Positions 51,890-62,168 of a stretch of DNA of 64,000 bases are shown here, piece after piece; position 1 is the first letter of the stretch; each line of letters starts with the position of its first letter. Below the pieces are notes generated by a model. That model searched no databases. It was not told the DNA's origin and saw nothing but the letters and a program-made list of their open reading frames with translations. The position numbers and the translations under genes were made by a program. The DNA lies in NCBI RefSeq assembly GCF_000062885.1, contig NC_009142.1, forward strand, positions 1,103,584 through 1,167,583, in the 5' to 3' direction. Origin of the DNA: Saccharopolyspora erythraea NRRL 2338. Lineage in GTDB: Bacteria; Actinomycetota; Actinomycetes; Mycobacteriales; Pseudonocardiaceae.

Positions 51890-52390
51890 TCGCCCGACGT
51901 GACCGAGACGGGTCTTGATCGATTACCCACTCGAACCGAACTGCTGGCGTACCGGTCCTTCCTGCGTGCGCACGCACGGGTCACCCGCTGCCTGGAAGGC
52001 GACCTGATCGCCGAGCAGCGGCTCACCCTGGCCGCCTACGACGTGCTGGAAGCGCTCACCGAGGCCCCCGAGCAGCGGTTGCGGATGACCGAGCTCGCCG
52101 ACGCCGTGCTGCTCTCCCGCTCCGGGGTGACCCGGCTGGTGGACCGGCTGGAGCGCCTCGGGCTGGTGCGCAGGGTGCGCGTCGACACCGACGGGCGCGG
52201 CGTGCAGGCCGTGATCACCGAACGCGGCGAGCACCGGCTGCGCACGGCGTCGGCCACGCACCGCAACGGCGTCGCCCGCTACTTCCTGTCCGCCGCCGAG
52301 GGCGGTGAGCTCGCCGAGCTGACGCGCTGGTGCGAGCGCCTGGCCGACGGGGGAGTGCCGGCCCCTCCGGGGCAGCGCGCGCAGGCGTGA
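51890..52390 (+). CDS. MarR-family transcriptional regulator
   Basis: LTLAAYDVLEALTEAPEQRLRMTELADAVLLSRSGVTRLVDRLERLGLV wHTH; GTG start (the ORF-track extension from 51104 is spurious). Confidence 0.75.
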   Translation, partial: SPDVTETGLDRLPTRTELLAYRSFLRAHARVTRCLEGDLIAEQRLTLAAYDVLEALTEAPEQRLRMTELADAVLLSRSGVTRLVDRLERLGLVRRVRVDTDGRGVQAVITERGEHRLRTASATHRNGVARYFLSAAEGGELAELTRWCERLADGGVPAPPGQRAQA

Positions 52391-52394
52391 GCGC

Positions 52395-52823
52395 GTGCGC
52401 CAGCATGGAGCGGTGAGCGAGACCCTTCGCGTAGTCGGACTGGTCCACCGGGTCGACGGCCGGGTGCTGCTGGTGCGCGCCCGCTGGCACGCCGCGTTCT
52501 ACCTCGCGGGAGGCAAGATCGAGGCGGGCGAGAGCGAGCTGGAGGCGCTGCACCGCGAGGTCGACGAGGAGCTCGGGGCGGGCCTGGTCGCGGGCACGGA
52601 GCGCTTCGTCGGCCGCTACGTCACCGACGCCTACGGGCAGGGCGAGGGTGTGCGGGTGGACCTGAGCTGCTATTCGGCCGAGCTGAGCGGGGTGCCCGAA
52701 CCGGCGGCCGAGATCGCCGAGATGGCCTGGATGACCTGCGCGGAGTACCTGGCGCAACCGGAGACCGCGCCCGCGGTCGTGGCGCTGCTGCGCGACCTGG
52801 AAGCCGAGTCGGCCACGGCCTGA
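52395..52823 (+). CDS. NUDIX hydrolase
   Basis: GGKIEAGESELEALHREVDEELG Nudix box. Confidence 0.7.
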   Translation: MRQHGAVSETLRVVGLVHRVDGRVLLVRARWHAAFYLAGGKIEAGESELEALHREVDEELGAGLVAGTERFVGRYVTDAYGQGEGVRVDLSCYSAELSGVPEPAAEIAEMAWMTCAEYLAQPETAPAVVALLRDLEAESATA

Positions 52824-52984
52824 CCGGGTTCGCCTGCTCCCGGCCGCCCTCGGTCGAGCCGGAGCCTCCTGCGGCGACGGCGGCTGCTGCCTGCGCCGGG
52901 TGCCCGCCGGACGGGACGCTGATCACAGTGCACCCGCCGTCGTGCGTGGTAGACACGGCGTGCGACCCGGACCGAGGAGGACAC

Positions 52985-53947
52985 GTGCCCGACAGCCCAC
53001 GCTCCCGCCGCAGTTGCCTGGCGGTGCCCGGCTCCAGCGCGAAGATGATCGACAAGGCCCGCGGCCTGCCGGTCGACCAGTTCTTCCTCGACCTCGAGGA
53101 CGCCGTCGCCCCGCTGGCCAAGGCCGAGGCGCGGGACCGGATCGTGGGCGCGCTCAACGAGGGCGGCTGGGACGGCAAGATCCGCACGGTGCGGGTCAAC
53201 GACCTCACCACCGAGTGGACCTACCAGGACGTGGTGCGCGTCGTCGAGGGCGCGGGCGCGAACCTCGACACGATCATCCTGCCGAAGGTGAGCGTCGCCG
53301 ACCACGTTCGCTGGCTCGACCTCACCCTCACCCAGATCGAGCGGGCGCTGGGCCTGCCGGTGGGCCGGATCGGCATCGAGCCGCAGATCGAGGACGCCAG
53401 GGGACTGGTCGAGGTCGACGCGATCGCCGCCGCATCGCCCCGGGTGGAGGCGCTGGTCTACGGCCCGGCCGACTTCATGGCCTCGATCAACATGCGTTCG
53501 CTGGTCGTCGGCCAGCAGCCGCCGGGCTACGACGTCGGCGACGCCTACCACTACGTGCTGATGCGGATGCTGATGGCGGCGCGCGCGTTCGGCGTGCAGG
53601 CGATCGACGGCCCGTACCTGCAGATCAAGGACGTCGACGGGCTGCGCGCGGTCGGCGGGCGCTCGGCCGCGCTGGGCTACGACGGCAAGTGGGTGCTGCA
53701 CCCGGCGCAGGTCGATGCGGTCAACGAGATCTTCTCGCCGCGCCAGGAGGACTACGACCACGCCGAGAACATCCTCGACGCCTACGAGTGGCACACCTCC
53801 GAGGCCGGTGGCAAGCGCGGCGCGGCAATGCTCGGCGACGAGATGATCGACGAGGCCTCCCGCAAGATGGCTCTGGTGATCGCGGGCAAGGGGCGCGCGG
53901 CGGGCATGACGCGGAGCGATCGCTGGACCCCGCCGGCAGCGGATTGA
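52985..53947 (+). CDS. HpcH/HpaI aldolase / citrate lyase beta-subunit-like (CitE-like) protein
   Basis: RSCLAVPGSSAKMIDKA...FLDLEDAVAP...GPADF motifs; GTG start with GAGGAGGA RBS. Confidence 0.75.
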   Translation: MPDSPRSRRSCLAVPGSSAKMIDKARGLPVDQFFLDLEDAVAPLAKAEARDRIVGALNEGGWDGKIRTVRVNDLTTEWTYQDVVRVVEGAGANLDTIILPKVSVADHVRWLDLTLTQIERALGLPVGRIGIEPQIEDARGLVEVDAIAAASPRVEALVYGPADFMASINMRSLVVGQQPPGYDVGDAYHYVLMRMLMAARAFGVQAIDGPYLQIKDVDGLRAVGGRSAALGYDGKWVLHPAQVDAVNEIFSPRQEDYDHAENILDAYEWHTSEAGGKRGAAMLGDEMIDEASRKMALVIAGKGRAAGMTRSDRWTPPAAD

Positions 53948-54170
53948 CGCGGACCGGCGATTGGGCTGTCGGCAGTGGGTTGATGCGGATCCGCCGCTCG
54001 ACGCCACCGCACTCGGGCCGATCGCCGGAAGCCCCCGGCACGCCGACCGCAGTCGGCGGCGAGCTGACGCGGACCGATTGCGGACCTCCGCCGACAGCCG
54101 GTTGACGTCGGCCGACCGATGGCGGCCACCAACAGACCAAGCTGCTGGGCCGGTGGGCTGACCGACCCGA
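53940..54170. promoter_or_regulatory. Five iterated copies of a TGACGCGGACCG(A)-like motif upstream of the patatin-like gene
   Basis: GATTGACGCGGACCGGCGATTGG (53943), GGTTGATGCGGATCCGCC (53977), GAGCTGACGCGGACCGATTGCGG (54061), GGTTGACGTCGGCCGACCGATGG (54100), GGCTGACCGACCCGAGTCGAT (54150). Confidence 0.4.
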
Positions 54171-54249
54171 GTCGATCTTCGTCCAGCGCCCGGCACGCGG
54201 TAGTTTTCCGAGGCAGCACCGATCACCGACCGAGGGGGCGGGCCTCGAC

Positions 54250-57200
54250 GTGGCCACCGGGCCTGTGCAGGAGAACGAGCAGGAACTGCGGCTGGCGCTG
54301 GCCATGCGCGGCGGTGCGAGCCTCGCGGTGTGGATCGGCGGCGCGGTCGCCGAGATCAACCACCTGCGCTCGGCGCTGGCCGAGCCCGGTCCGGCGCGGC
54401 ATCCCTGGGGAGCGCTCGCGCGGCTGGCCGGCTACGACTCGGTGGCGGTCGACGTCCTCGCCGGGGCGTCGGCGGGCGGGCTGAACGCGACCCTGCTTTC
54501 GACGTCGATGGTCTACGGCATGCCCTTCGACCGGATGCGGCGGATGTGGGTGCGGCTGGCCGACCTGGAGGCGATGGCCCGGCAGGTGCCGAAGCTCTGG
54601 GACGCCCGCCCGCCGTCGCTGCTGGAGGGCGACGGCTACTTCCGCACCGAGCTGGCGCGCACCATCTCCGAGGGCGTCGCGGAGGGCGACGGCGCGCGCG
54701 ATGTCAGCCGGCGCGCGGACCTGCTGCTCACCGCCACCCTGCTGGACCCGGTGATCGAGCGGCACTTCGACGGGCGTTCCCGGCCGCTGACCCAGGAGCG
54801 GCGCACCGCGTCGTTCCGGTTCCGCCACCGCGGCGAGGCCGGGGACCCGCTGTCGGACTTCGGGACCGGCACCGCGTTCGACGAGACGGTCCGGCGGCTG
54901 GCGCACGCGGCGCGCACGACGTCGTCGTTCCCGTTCGCGTTCGAACCGTCCAGGGTGTACTCGTCGACCGGCGAGGTCCCGCCCGGTGAGCCGAACATGA
55001 GCGGCCTGTTCTCCGAGCTGAACACCACCGGCTCGCCGTACCGGGTGATCGACGGCGGGGTGCTGGACAACATCCCCGTCGCCGCCGCGGTCGACGCCAT
55101 CGCCGCCGCCCCGGCCGACCGGCCCACGCAACGCTGGCTGCTCTACCTGAACCCGGAGGGCGCGGCGTCGGACACCGAGCGCGCCGACGGGGCCGGGCTG
55201 CCGGTCGCCTCCGCCGCGATCCGGGCGCGGTTGAGCCAGGAGTCGCTGCTGAGCGACCTCGACGCGCTCGACGAGCACAACCGGGTCGTGGAGCGGACCG
55301 GCCTGCGCCGTAGGGCGCTGTTCGCCCGGCTGCGCGCCGCCGAACCCGCGGAACGGCAGGACCTGCTCGTGCGCGAGGCGGCCGAGGTCGAGACCGAGCA
55401 CGCCGTGGTGCGTTGCGAGCTCGACGCGCAGGCCGTGCGACGGCTGCTCGAGGAGCCCGCGGGCACCGAGGACGGCAGGCTGCTCCCGCCGGTGCCCGGC
55501 GACCCGCTGGCCGGCTGGTCCGCGCGGGCGCGCCACCTGCTCGGCAGGCGGCTGTCGCGGCGGATGGCCGCGCACGCCACGCCCCGGGTCTTCGACGACG
55601 TGCGCGGTCTGCTGTCGGGAGTGCAGGAGTGCATCGGCTGGGCGCGCGACATCGAGCGCTGGTCGGCCGCGCCCGCCGGGATCGGGCGGTGCAAGTCGGC
55701 GCTGTACCGGCTGCGGGTGTTCGCCGAGGTGCTGGAAGGCCACGCCGACCGGTACTGGCTCAACGGCGCCCGGCTGGAGCCGATCGTGGAGTCCGACGAG
55801 CTCGACGGCTGGATCGACCGCGTGCTCCGGCGCCGCGAGCGGCTCCAGCACCACCTGCCCTCGCCGGTACGGCCGCTGCTCGGCTCGGTCCTGGCGTCGG
55901 TGGAGGGCGGCGAGGGGTTCCAGCACGAGCTGACCGGGTTCGCCCGCGAGCTGCTGTCCATCGTGGAGTCCTCGGGGGCCGACGCGGTTCCGGACGACGC
56001 CGGCGGGGTCGACGCGGTGGCGGAGGCGACCGCGGTGCTGCACGGCATCGCCGACCGTCTGGCGGCCGCCGCGGGCGAGAGGGTGCACCTGGACGAACCG
56101 GAACAGCTCGGCTATTCGCTGCTGGAGGAAGCAGGTGCGCGGGCGCTGCGCCCGCTGGTGGTGCTCACCGCGCCGCTCGATGTCGGCCGGACCCCGGGGA
56201 CCCGCATCAACCTGCTGCGGGTGGTCAGCGACGAGCAGAGCTCGCTGCCGTTCGAGGCCCTGCGCCGCGGTGCCGACATCCCGCTGCGGATCGCCGACAA
56301 GATCCGCGGTGCGGACCTGTCGAACTTCGGCGCTTTCCTGTCGGCCAGGTGGCGGGCCAACGACTGGATGTGGGGCCGGATGGACGCGGCGGCCAGCCTC
56401 GTCGGCCTGCTCACCGATCCGCGCCGGCTCGCCCAGCGCAACGCCCACCTCGGCGCGGGAGGACTGCGCGAGGCGCTGCGCGCCATCGTCAGCGACCCCG
56501 CCCCGCAGGAGCTCGGCGACCTCGACGAGGAGCGCGCCGCGCAGTGGCGGGGGTTCCTCGCCGAGCTGTGGTCGGCGCACGCCGACGAGGTGCGCGCCGA
56601 GCTCGACGCGCTGTTCGCCGACCCGGACGACGAGCACGCGCTCAAGCAGACCCGCAAGCTGCTCATCGAGCGTCTGCATTGGACGATCGTCGCGTGCGAG
56701 CTGCCGTTCGTGGCGACGGTGAAGCCGGGGGCCGACACCGATGGCGGCGGGGAGCCCGCGACCCCGCCCCCGCCCGAGCTGACCGACCAGGTGCGCCGCT
56801 ACCGCGTCGGCCGGGAACGGCTGCCGGACCTAGGCGAGAAGCGGATCGCGGCGCTGGCGACCAGGTTCGGGCTGCTGGCCTACCGGGCGGTGCGACCCGA
56901 CGGGACCGGTGTCCTGGACAGGCTTGGCCGGTTGGCGCTGACGCTGGTCAAGCCGTTGCTGCTGGCGGTGCTGCTCGCCTTCGCCGCACCCAGGCGCGTT
57001 TCGCTCGTCGCGTTCGTCGCCGCCTCGGCGGTGATGTTCACCGGGTACGGGCCGACCGTGCCGGGCTTGCAGCTCCTGTCGAACGACCAGGCGGAGAGCG
57101 CCTTCCAGACGACGATCTCGTGGTGTTCGCCGCCGGACGAGACCGGAGCCGCCGCCGCGTGCGCGGTGCGGGACCTCTCAGGCTGTCCGCTCGCCGACTA

Positions 57201-57702
57201 CGGCGGAGCCCCGTGCGGGGAGGAGCCGGCGGCGGCAGGCGCGCCGAACTGGTTCGGGCTCGCCGACTTCAGCGGGACCTCTTTCGGCGTCGGCGTGCTG
57301 TGGGCGATGCTGCTGACGATCCTGTTCGCGGTGTGGCTGGGCCGGGCGCTGATGGGACATGCCAGCGGGCTGGCCCGGTGGCTGCCCGCGCTGTTCATCA
57401 CCGCGGTGCTGCTCGGAGCGGAGGGATGGCTGTGGAGCACCGGCTTCCGGCTCACCGCGCTCGGCCTGGTGCTGGTCGCCGCCGTGCTGACCTGGCCCGC
57501 GACCCTGGCTTACCGCACCACGGCCCGGATCGCGGCGGTGGCGGTCACGGCGGTGGTGTTCGCCGCGACGCTGGCGTGGGTCGCCGACGCGCCGCCCGAG
57601 GGCGGCTGGATCCTGGCGGCCATCGCCCTGACCGGCTACGCGCACGTGCTCCTGCTGGCCACCGTCGATCTGCTACGACCGCGGCCCCGTCCGAGCGGAT
57701 AG
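54250..57702 (+). CDS. Large membrane-anchored patatin-like phospholipase (patatin N-domain plus long helical region plus C-terminal multi-TM domain, DUF3376-type)
   Basis: RGGASLAVWIGG oxyanion region, GASAGG (GxSxG) nucleophile, catalytic Asp in IDGGVLDNIPV; C-terminal ~250 aa contain about 8 TM helices; 1150 aa. Confidence 0.75.
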   Translation: MATGPVQENEQELRLALAMRGGASLAVWIGGAVAEINHLRSALAEPGPARHPWGALARLAGYDSVAVDVLAGASAGGLNATLLSTSMVYGMPFDRMRRMWVRLADLEAMARQVPKLWDARPPSLLEGDGYFRTELARTISEGVAEGDGARDVSRRADLLLTATLLDPVIERHFDGRSRPLTQERRTASFRFRHRGEAGDPLSDFGTGTAFDETVRRLAHAARTTSSFPFAFEPSRVYSSTGEVPPGEPNMSGLFSELNTTGSPYRVIDGGVLDNIPVAAAVDAIAAAPADRPTQRWLLYLNPEGAASDTERADGAGLPVASAAIRARLSQESLLSDLDALDEHNRVVERTGLRRRALFARLRAAEPAERQDLLVREAAEVETEHAVVRCELDAQAVRRLLEEPAGTEDGRLLPPVPGDPLAGWSARARHLLGRRLSRRMAAHATPRVFDDVRGLLSGVQECIGWARDIERWSAAPAGIGRCKSALYRLRVFAEVLEGHADRYWLNGARLEPIVESDELDGWIDRVLRRRERLQHHLPSPVRPLLGSVLASVEGGEGFQHELTGFARELLSIVESSGADAVPDDAGGVDAVAEATAVLHGIADRLAAAAGERVHLDEPEQLGYSLLEEAGARALRPLVVLTAPLDVGRTPGTRINLLRVVSDEQSSLPFEALRRGADIPLRIADKIRGADLSNFGAFLSARWRANDWMWGRMDAAASLVGLLTDPRRLAQRNAHLGAGGLREALRAIVSDPAPQELGDLDEERAAQWRGFLAELWSAHADEVRAELDALFADPDDEHALKQTRKLLIERLHWTIVACELPFVATVKPGADTDGGGEPATPPPPELTDQVRRYRVGRERLPDLGEKRIAALATRFGLLAYRAVRPDGTGVLDRLGRLALTLVKPLLLAVLLAFAAPRRVSLVAFVAASAVMFTGYGPTVPGLQLLSNDQAESAFQTTISWCSPPDETGAAAACAVRDLSGCPLADYGGAPCGEEPAAAGAPNWFGLADFSGTSFGVGVLWAMLLTILFAVWLGRALMGHASGLARWLPALFITAVLLGAEGWLWSTGFRLTALGLVLVAAVLTWPATLAYRTTARIAAVAVTAVVFAATLAWVADAPPEGGWILAAIALTGYAHVLLLATVDLLRPRPRPSG

Positions 57703-57974
57703 CGCGCTCACCGTCCGGGGCCCGGTCCCGTCGTCGATCGCGTTCCGGGCGTGCCCGGTCGGCGCGACGGGGGTGCTGCCCGCGGCCATCGGCCGTACCG
57801 TGTTGGCGGATAGATGATCTCGGCGTGGAGTAGCCTGGGAGAGGACAATCGGCAGGAATCGGACCTGCCGGAACCACTCGACGAACCACTCGGCCGGTGC
57901 CTTCCGGCGCCGGACGACGAACCCCTGCCGCAGGCGGACGCACGTCCGCGTCGCGCGGCAGCGAGCCTACGGAG

Positions 57975-58505
57975 GTGTCCGCGGTGTCCAACCCGTTTAC
58001 CGGCCCCGGTCGGCAGTCGGCGGGTACACCGAGTCTGCCGACGCCGCCGACCGGCTGGCCGATCGGCTCCTACGGAACGTACGAGGAGGCCCAGCGCGCC
58101 GTCGACCACCTGGCCGAAAGCGACTTCCCGGTGCAGGAGGTGACCATCGTCGGCGTCGACCTGATGCTCGTCGAGCGGGTCACCGGCCGGCTGAGCTGGG
58201 GCCGGGTGCTGGGCGGGGGCGCCGCGTCGGGAGCGTGGTTCGGTCTCTTCGTGGGACTCATCCTGGGCATGTTCACCCCGCAGGGCAGCTGGCTCGGCCC
58301 GGTGCTGGTCGGCCTGGGCACCGGTGTGGTGTTCGGGCTCGTCTTCGCCGCGGTCGGCTACGCCTCCACGCGCGGCCGACGCGACTTCTCCTCCGCCAGC
58401 CAGCTCGTCGCGGGCCGCTACGACGTCCTCGCGCAGCCCAAGCACGCCGAGGAGGGCCGCAACCTGCTCGCCAAGCTCGCCATGCGCCCGCCGTCGGCGC
58501 AGTGA
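57975..58505 (+). CDS. DUF1269/general-stress-17M-like membrane protein (glycine-zipper)
   Basis: GGGAASGAWFGLFVGLILGMF...VLVGLGTGVVFGLVFAAVGY Gly-zipper TM pair; GTG start. Confidence 0.6.
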   Translation: MSAVSNPFTGPGRQSAGTPSLPTPPTGWPIGSYGTYEEAQRAVDHLAESDFPVQEVTIVGVDLMLVERVTGRLSWGRVLGGGAASGAWFGLFVGLILGMFTPQGSWLGPVLVGLGTGVVFGLVFAAVGYASTRGRRDFSSASQLVAGRYDVLAQPKHAEEGRNLLAKLAMRPPSAQ

Positions 58506-58523
58506 GCCCGAGGCGGGCGCCCG

Positions 58524-58562
58524 CCTCCCGTCAGCGCTGAAGCGACCCCGGTCCGGTGCGGC
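58524..58562 (+). terminator. Stem-loop after the DUF1269 gene
   Basis: GACCCCGGTCCGGTGCGGCCGGGGTC inverted repeat. Confidence 0.4.
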
Positions 58563-59105
58563 CGGGGTCGTCGCGTATGCGCGCTCTGGGGGCGGCCCGC
58601 GCCGCTCGGCTGACCAACCGACCCACGCCGGGGTGCGTGACTGACGTCCGAGCGCGCACAGCCGCCCCGGACCGCACGGACACGACTGACCAGGCCAGAC
58701 GCTCCCGCGCCCGTCCGAGTGCGCACCGCGCGCGACCTGCGGGGCGCACACTGGAGGGCACGGTCGCGCGAGTCGTCAGAGCACCTCGCCCGCCAGGGCG
58801 CCGGCCCGCAGCGCACCACGACCGTCCGAGCCGCCTCCGCGCGGCGGCGACGGAGCCGGCGTGTCCGGAGCAGTCTTCGAACCGCCGAACGGACCATCGG
58901 CTTCGCCGGCGTCCGCGCGCCGCGGCGGCCGCCGCGGCGTGGTCGTTCACGGGTTGGCAACAAGGCTTGCCTTGATCGATCTACCGACCTACGTTTCACC
59001 CACCGCACCCGGTGTGCCCAGGCGCGGTGGTGGCAGCGCAAGGAGGCGCCGGACACCGTGCGCCCTCCTGTGCGGTCGGAGGAGATCAGACTGGAGGGCC
59101 ACGAC

Positions 59106-60380
59106 GTGAGACCTCGCGGTGGCGGGACCAGGCGGCGGAGGCGGCTGACGGCCGCGCTCGGGGCGTCCCTGGCATGTGCTTCGGCGCTGACGGCGTGCGC
59201 GCCGGCGTCGAGCGCGAACACGGTGAACCTGTACTACGCCCCCGAAGAGAACCTGCAGACGGTCGTCGACCGCTGCAACGCCCAGTCCCAGGGCCGGTAC
59301 CACATCGTCTACAACAAGCTCCCGCGCGAGGCCGACGGCCAGCGGGAGCAGATGGTGCGGCGGCTCGCGGCGCAGGACCCGGGCATGGACGTCCTCGGGC
59401 TGGACGTGACGTGGACCGGTGAGTTCGCCGAGGCGAACTGGATCCGGGAGTGGACCGGGCGCAACAAGGAGGAGGCCGAGCGCGGCACGCTGGAGGGCCC
59501 GCTGGAGACGGCCCGCTCCGGCGGCAAGCTCTACGCCGCGCCGAAGAACACCAACGTGCAGCTGCTGTGGTACCGGGCCGACCTGGTGGACAAGCCGCCC
59601 GCGACCTGGGACGAGATGATCGCCGAGTCGCAGCGGCTCAAGCGCGAGGGCAAGCCGTACTGGATCTCGTTCAGCGGTGCCCAGTTCGAGGGCCTGTTCG
59701 TGCACTTCAACACGCTGGTGGAGTCCGCGGGCGGGCACATCGTCTCCGCTGACGGCAAGCGCGCCGAGATCGACGCGGGCGCGGTGCGGGCGCTGGAGGT
59801 GCTGCGCGACTTCGGCCGCGCCGGGGTGACCAGCCCGGCGATGAACAACGCCAAGCAGGACGACGTCCGCATGGAGTTCGAGAACGGCGAGGCGGCGTTC
59901 CAGCTCAACTGGCCGTTCGTCTACCCCTCCATGCAGGAGGACAAGCCGGAGCTGGCCCAGAAGGTCAAGTGGGCGCGGCTGCCAGGTGTGACGCCTGGCG
60001 TGCCGAGCAAGTCGACCATCGGCGGCTACAACCTCGCGGTCAGCCAGTACTCGACCAAGCCGGACCTGGCCTTCGAGGCGGCGCTGTGCATGCGCAACCC
60101 GGAGAACCAGAAGTTCTCCGCGATCAACGACGGTGTCCCGCCGACGATCGAGTCGGTCTACCAGGACCCGGCGATGGACGCGGAGTACCCGATGAAGGAG
60201 ACGATCCTGGAGGGGCTCAAGGACCCGGGCGTGCGGCCGGTGACCCCGGCGGCGCAGAACCTCTCGACCGTGCTCACCAACCTGCTGGCCCCGGTCGCGG
60301 CCATCGACCCGCCGAAGACGGCCGAGAAGATGCGCACCGAGGTGCAGAACGCACTGGACTCCAAGGGCGTGATGCCGTGA
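59106..60380 (+). CDS. lpqY: Trehalose-recycling ABC transporter substrate-binding lipoprotein LpqY
   Basis: Lipobox LTACAP; family-1 SBP; followed by sugA-sugB-sugC in the order of Rv1235-Rv1238. Confidence 0.8.
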   Translation: MRPRGGGTRRRRRLTAALGASLACASALTACAPASSANTVNLYYAPEENLQTVVDRCNAQSQGRYHIVYNKLPREADGQREQMVRRLAAQDPGMDVLGLDVTWTGEFAEANWIREWTGRNKEEAERGTLEGPLETARSGGKLYAAPKNTNVQLLWYRADLVDKPPATWDEMIAESQRLKREGKPYWISFSGAQFEGLFVHFNTLVESAGGHIVSADGKRAEIDAGAVRALEVLRDFGRAGVTSPAMNNAKQDDVRMEFENGEAAFQLNWPFVYPSMQEDKPELAQKVKWARLPGVTPGVPSKSTIGGYNLAVSQYSTKPDLAFEAALCMRNPENQKFSAINDGVPPTIESVYQDPAMDAEYPMKETILEGLKDPGVRPVTPAAQNLSTVLTNLLAPVAAIDPPKTAEKMRTEVQNALDSKGVMP

Positions 60381-61318
60381 TGGTGTCTACCAGGAGAGCG
60401 GACCCCGCCGCTGACATTCGGGAAGGCGGGGCGATCAGCGAGGGCAAGAAGGCCGAACGCCGGCTCGGCTGGCTGCTGTGCGCGCCGGCGGCGTTGGTCA
60501 TGGTCGCGGTGACCGGCTGGCCGATCCTGTACGCGGTGTGGCTGTCGTTCCAGCGCTTCGACCTGAAGTACCCGGACCAGCGGGAGTTCGTCGGGCTGGA
60601 GAACTACGTCACCGTGCTGACCAACGGCTACTGGTGGACCGCGTTCTGGGTGACGTTGCTGATCACCGTGGTGTCGGTGGCGATCGAGTTCGTGCTCGGC
60701 ATGGGCCTGGCGTTGATCATGCACCGCGCGCTGGTCGGGCGCGGCCTGGTGCGCACGGTCAGCCTGATCCCGTACGGCATCGTCACGGTGGTCGCCGCGT
60801 TCAGCTGGCGCTACGCCTGGACCCCGGACACCGGGTACCTGGCGAACCTGTTCGCCCCGGAGTCCGCGCCGCTGACCGACCGCGCGGGTTCGCTGGCGAT
60901 CATCATCCTGGCCGAGATCTGGAAGACCACGCCGTTCATGGCGCTGCTGCTGATGGCCGGCCTGGCGCTGGTGCCCGACGACCTGCTCAAGGCCGCCGCG
61001 ATGGACGGCGCCGGGCCGTGGCAGCGGTTCGTCAAGGTGATGCTGCCGGTGATGAAGCCGGCGATCCTGGTCGCGCTGCTGTTCCGCACCCTCGACGCGT
61101 TCCGCGTCTTCGACAACATCGTGGTGCTGACATCGGGCTCGCAGGACACCTCGTCGGTGTCGGTGCTGGCCTACAACAACCTGATCAAGGGCCTCAACCT
61201 CGGTATCGGATCCACCATGTCGGTGCTGATCTTCATCGCGGTGGCGCTGATCGCGTTCCTGTTCGTGAAGCTGTTCGGCGCCGCCGCGCCCGGCGGCGAT
61301 GACAAGGGGAGGCCCTGA
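60380..61318 (+). CDS. sugA: Trehalose ABC transporter permease SugA
   Basis: MalF/UgpA-type permease; EAA-like motif region [19 protein letters not shown]; ATGA overlap with lpqY. Confidence 0.8.
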   Translation: MVSTRRADPAADIREGGAISEGKKAERRLGWLLCAPAALVMVAVTGWPILYAVWLSFQRFDLKYPDQREFVGLENYVTVLTNGYWWTAFWVTLLITVVSVAIEFVLGMGLALIMHRALVGRGLVRTVSLIPYGIVTVVAAFSWRYAWTPDTGYLANLFAPESAPLTDRAGSLAIIILAEIWKTTPFMALLLMAGLALVPDDLLKAAAMDGAGPWQRFVKVMLPVMKPAILVALLFRTLDAFRVFDNIVVLTSGSQDTSSVSVLAYNNLIKGLNLGIGSTMSVLIFIAVALIAFLFVKLFGAAAPGGDDKGRP

Positions 61319-62163
61319 TGGCCGGCGTGGGCGGGGCCGAGACCCCGGGGCGCAAAGCCGGGTGGACGGTGCTCAACATCGTCGTCGTGATCTACGCACT
61401 GCTTCCGGTGCTGTGGATCCTGTCGCTGTCGTTCAAGACGCCGGCGACCCTGGGCGACGGCAGTCTGATCCCGCGCGAGTGGACGCTGGAGAACTACGCG
61501 GCGATCTTTTCCACCACCGAGTTCACCCGGGCACTGCTGAACTCGATCGGCATCGCGCTGATCGCCACCGCGATCGCCGTGGTGCTGGGCACGATGGCCG
61601 CCTACGCCATCGCCCGGCTGGAGTTCCCCGGCAAGCGGCTGCTGGTCGGCGTCTCGCTGCTGATCGCGATGTTCCCGCAGGTGTCGCTGGTCTCGCCGCT
61701 GTTCGAGATCGAGCGCACACTCGGGCTGTTCGACTCCTGGACCGGCCTGATCCTGCCCTACATCACGTTCTCGCTGCCGCTGGCGATCTACACGCTGTCG
61801 GCGTTCTTCCGCGAGATCCCGTGGGAGCTGGAGAAGGCCGCCAAGATGGACGGCGCGACCCCCGGCCAGGCGTTCGCCAAGGTGATCGCCCCGCTGGCGG
61901 CGCCCGGGGTGTTCACCACCGCCATCCTGGTGTTCATCTTCTGCTGGAACGACTTCCTGTTCGCCATCTCGCTGACCTCGACGGAGAACTCCCGCACCGT
62001 GCCGGTCGCGCTGCAGTTCTTCACCGGTGACTCGCAGTTCGAGGATCCCACCGGATCGATCTCGGCGGCGGCCGTGGTGATCACCATCCCGATCATCGTG
62101 TTCGTGTTGTTCTTCCAGCGTCGCATCGTCTCGGGGCTGACCTCGGGCGCAGTGAAGGGGTAA
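61318..62163 (+). CDS. sugB: Trehalose ABC transporter permease SugB
   Basis: MalG/UgpE-type; [19 protein letters not shown] motif; overlaps sugA stop. Confidence 0.8.
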   Translation: MAGVGGAETPGRKAGWTVLNIVVVIYALLPVLWILSLSFKTPATLGDGSLIPREWTLENYAAIFSTTEFTRALLNSIGIALIATAIAVVLGTMAAYAIARLEFPGKRLLVGVSLLIAMFPQVSLVSPLFEIERTLGLFDSWTGLILPYITFSLPLAIYTLSAFFREIPWELEKAAKMDGATPGQAFAKVIAPLAAPGVFTTAILVFIFCWNDFLFAISLTSTENSRTVPVALQFFTGDSQFEDPTGSISAAAVVITIPIIVFVLFFQRRIVSGLTSGAVKG

Positions 62164-62168
62164 GTGAA

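Noticed and set aside
58556-59105. Possible small genes in the 600-bp gap upstream of lpqY
   Set aside because: All candidate ORFs are Arg/Pro-rich antisense-type frames without RBS. The region more likely holds the lpqY promoter and the terminator of the preceding gene.
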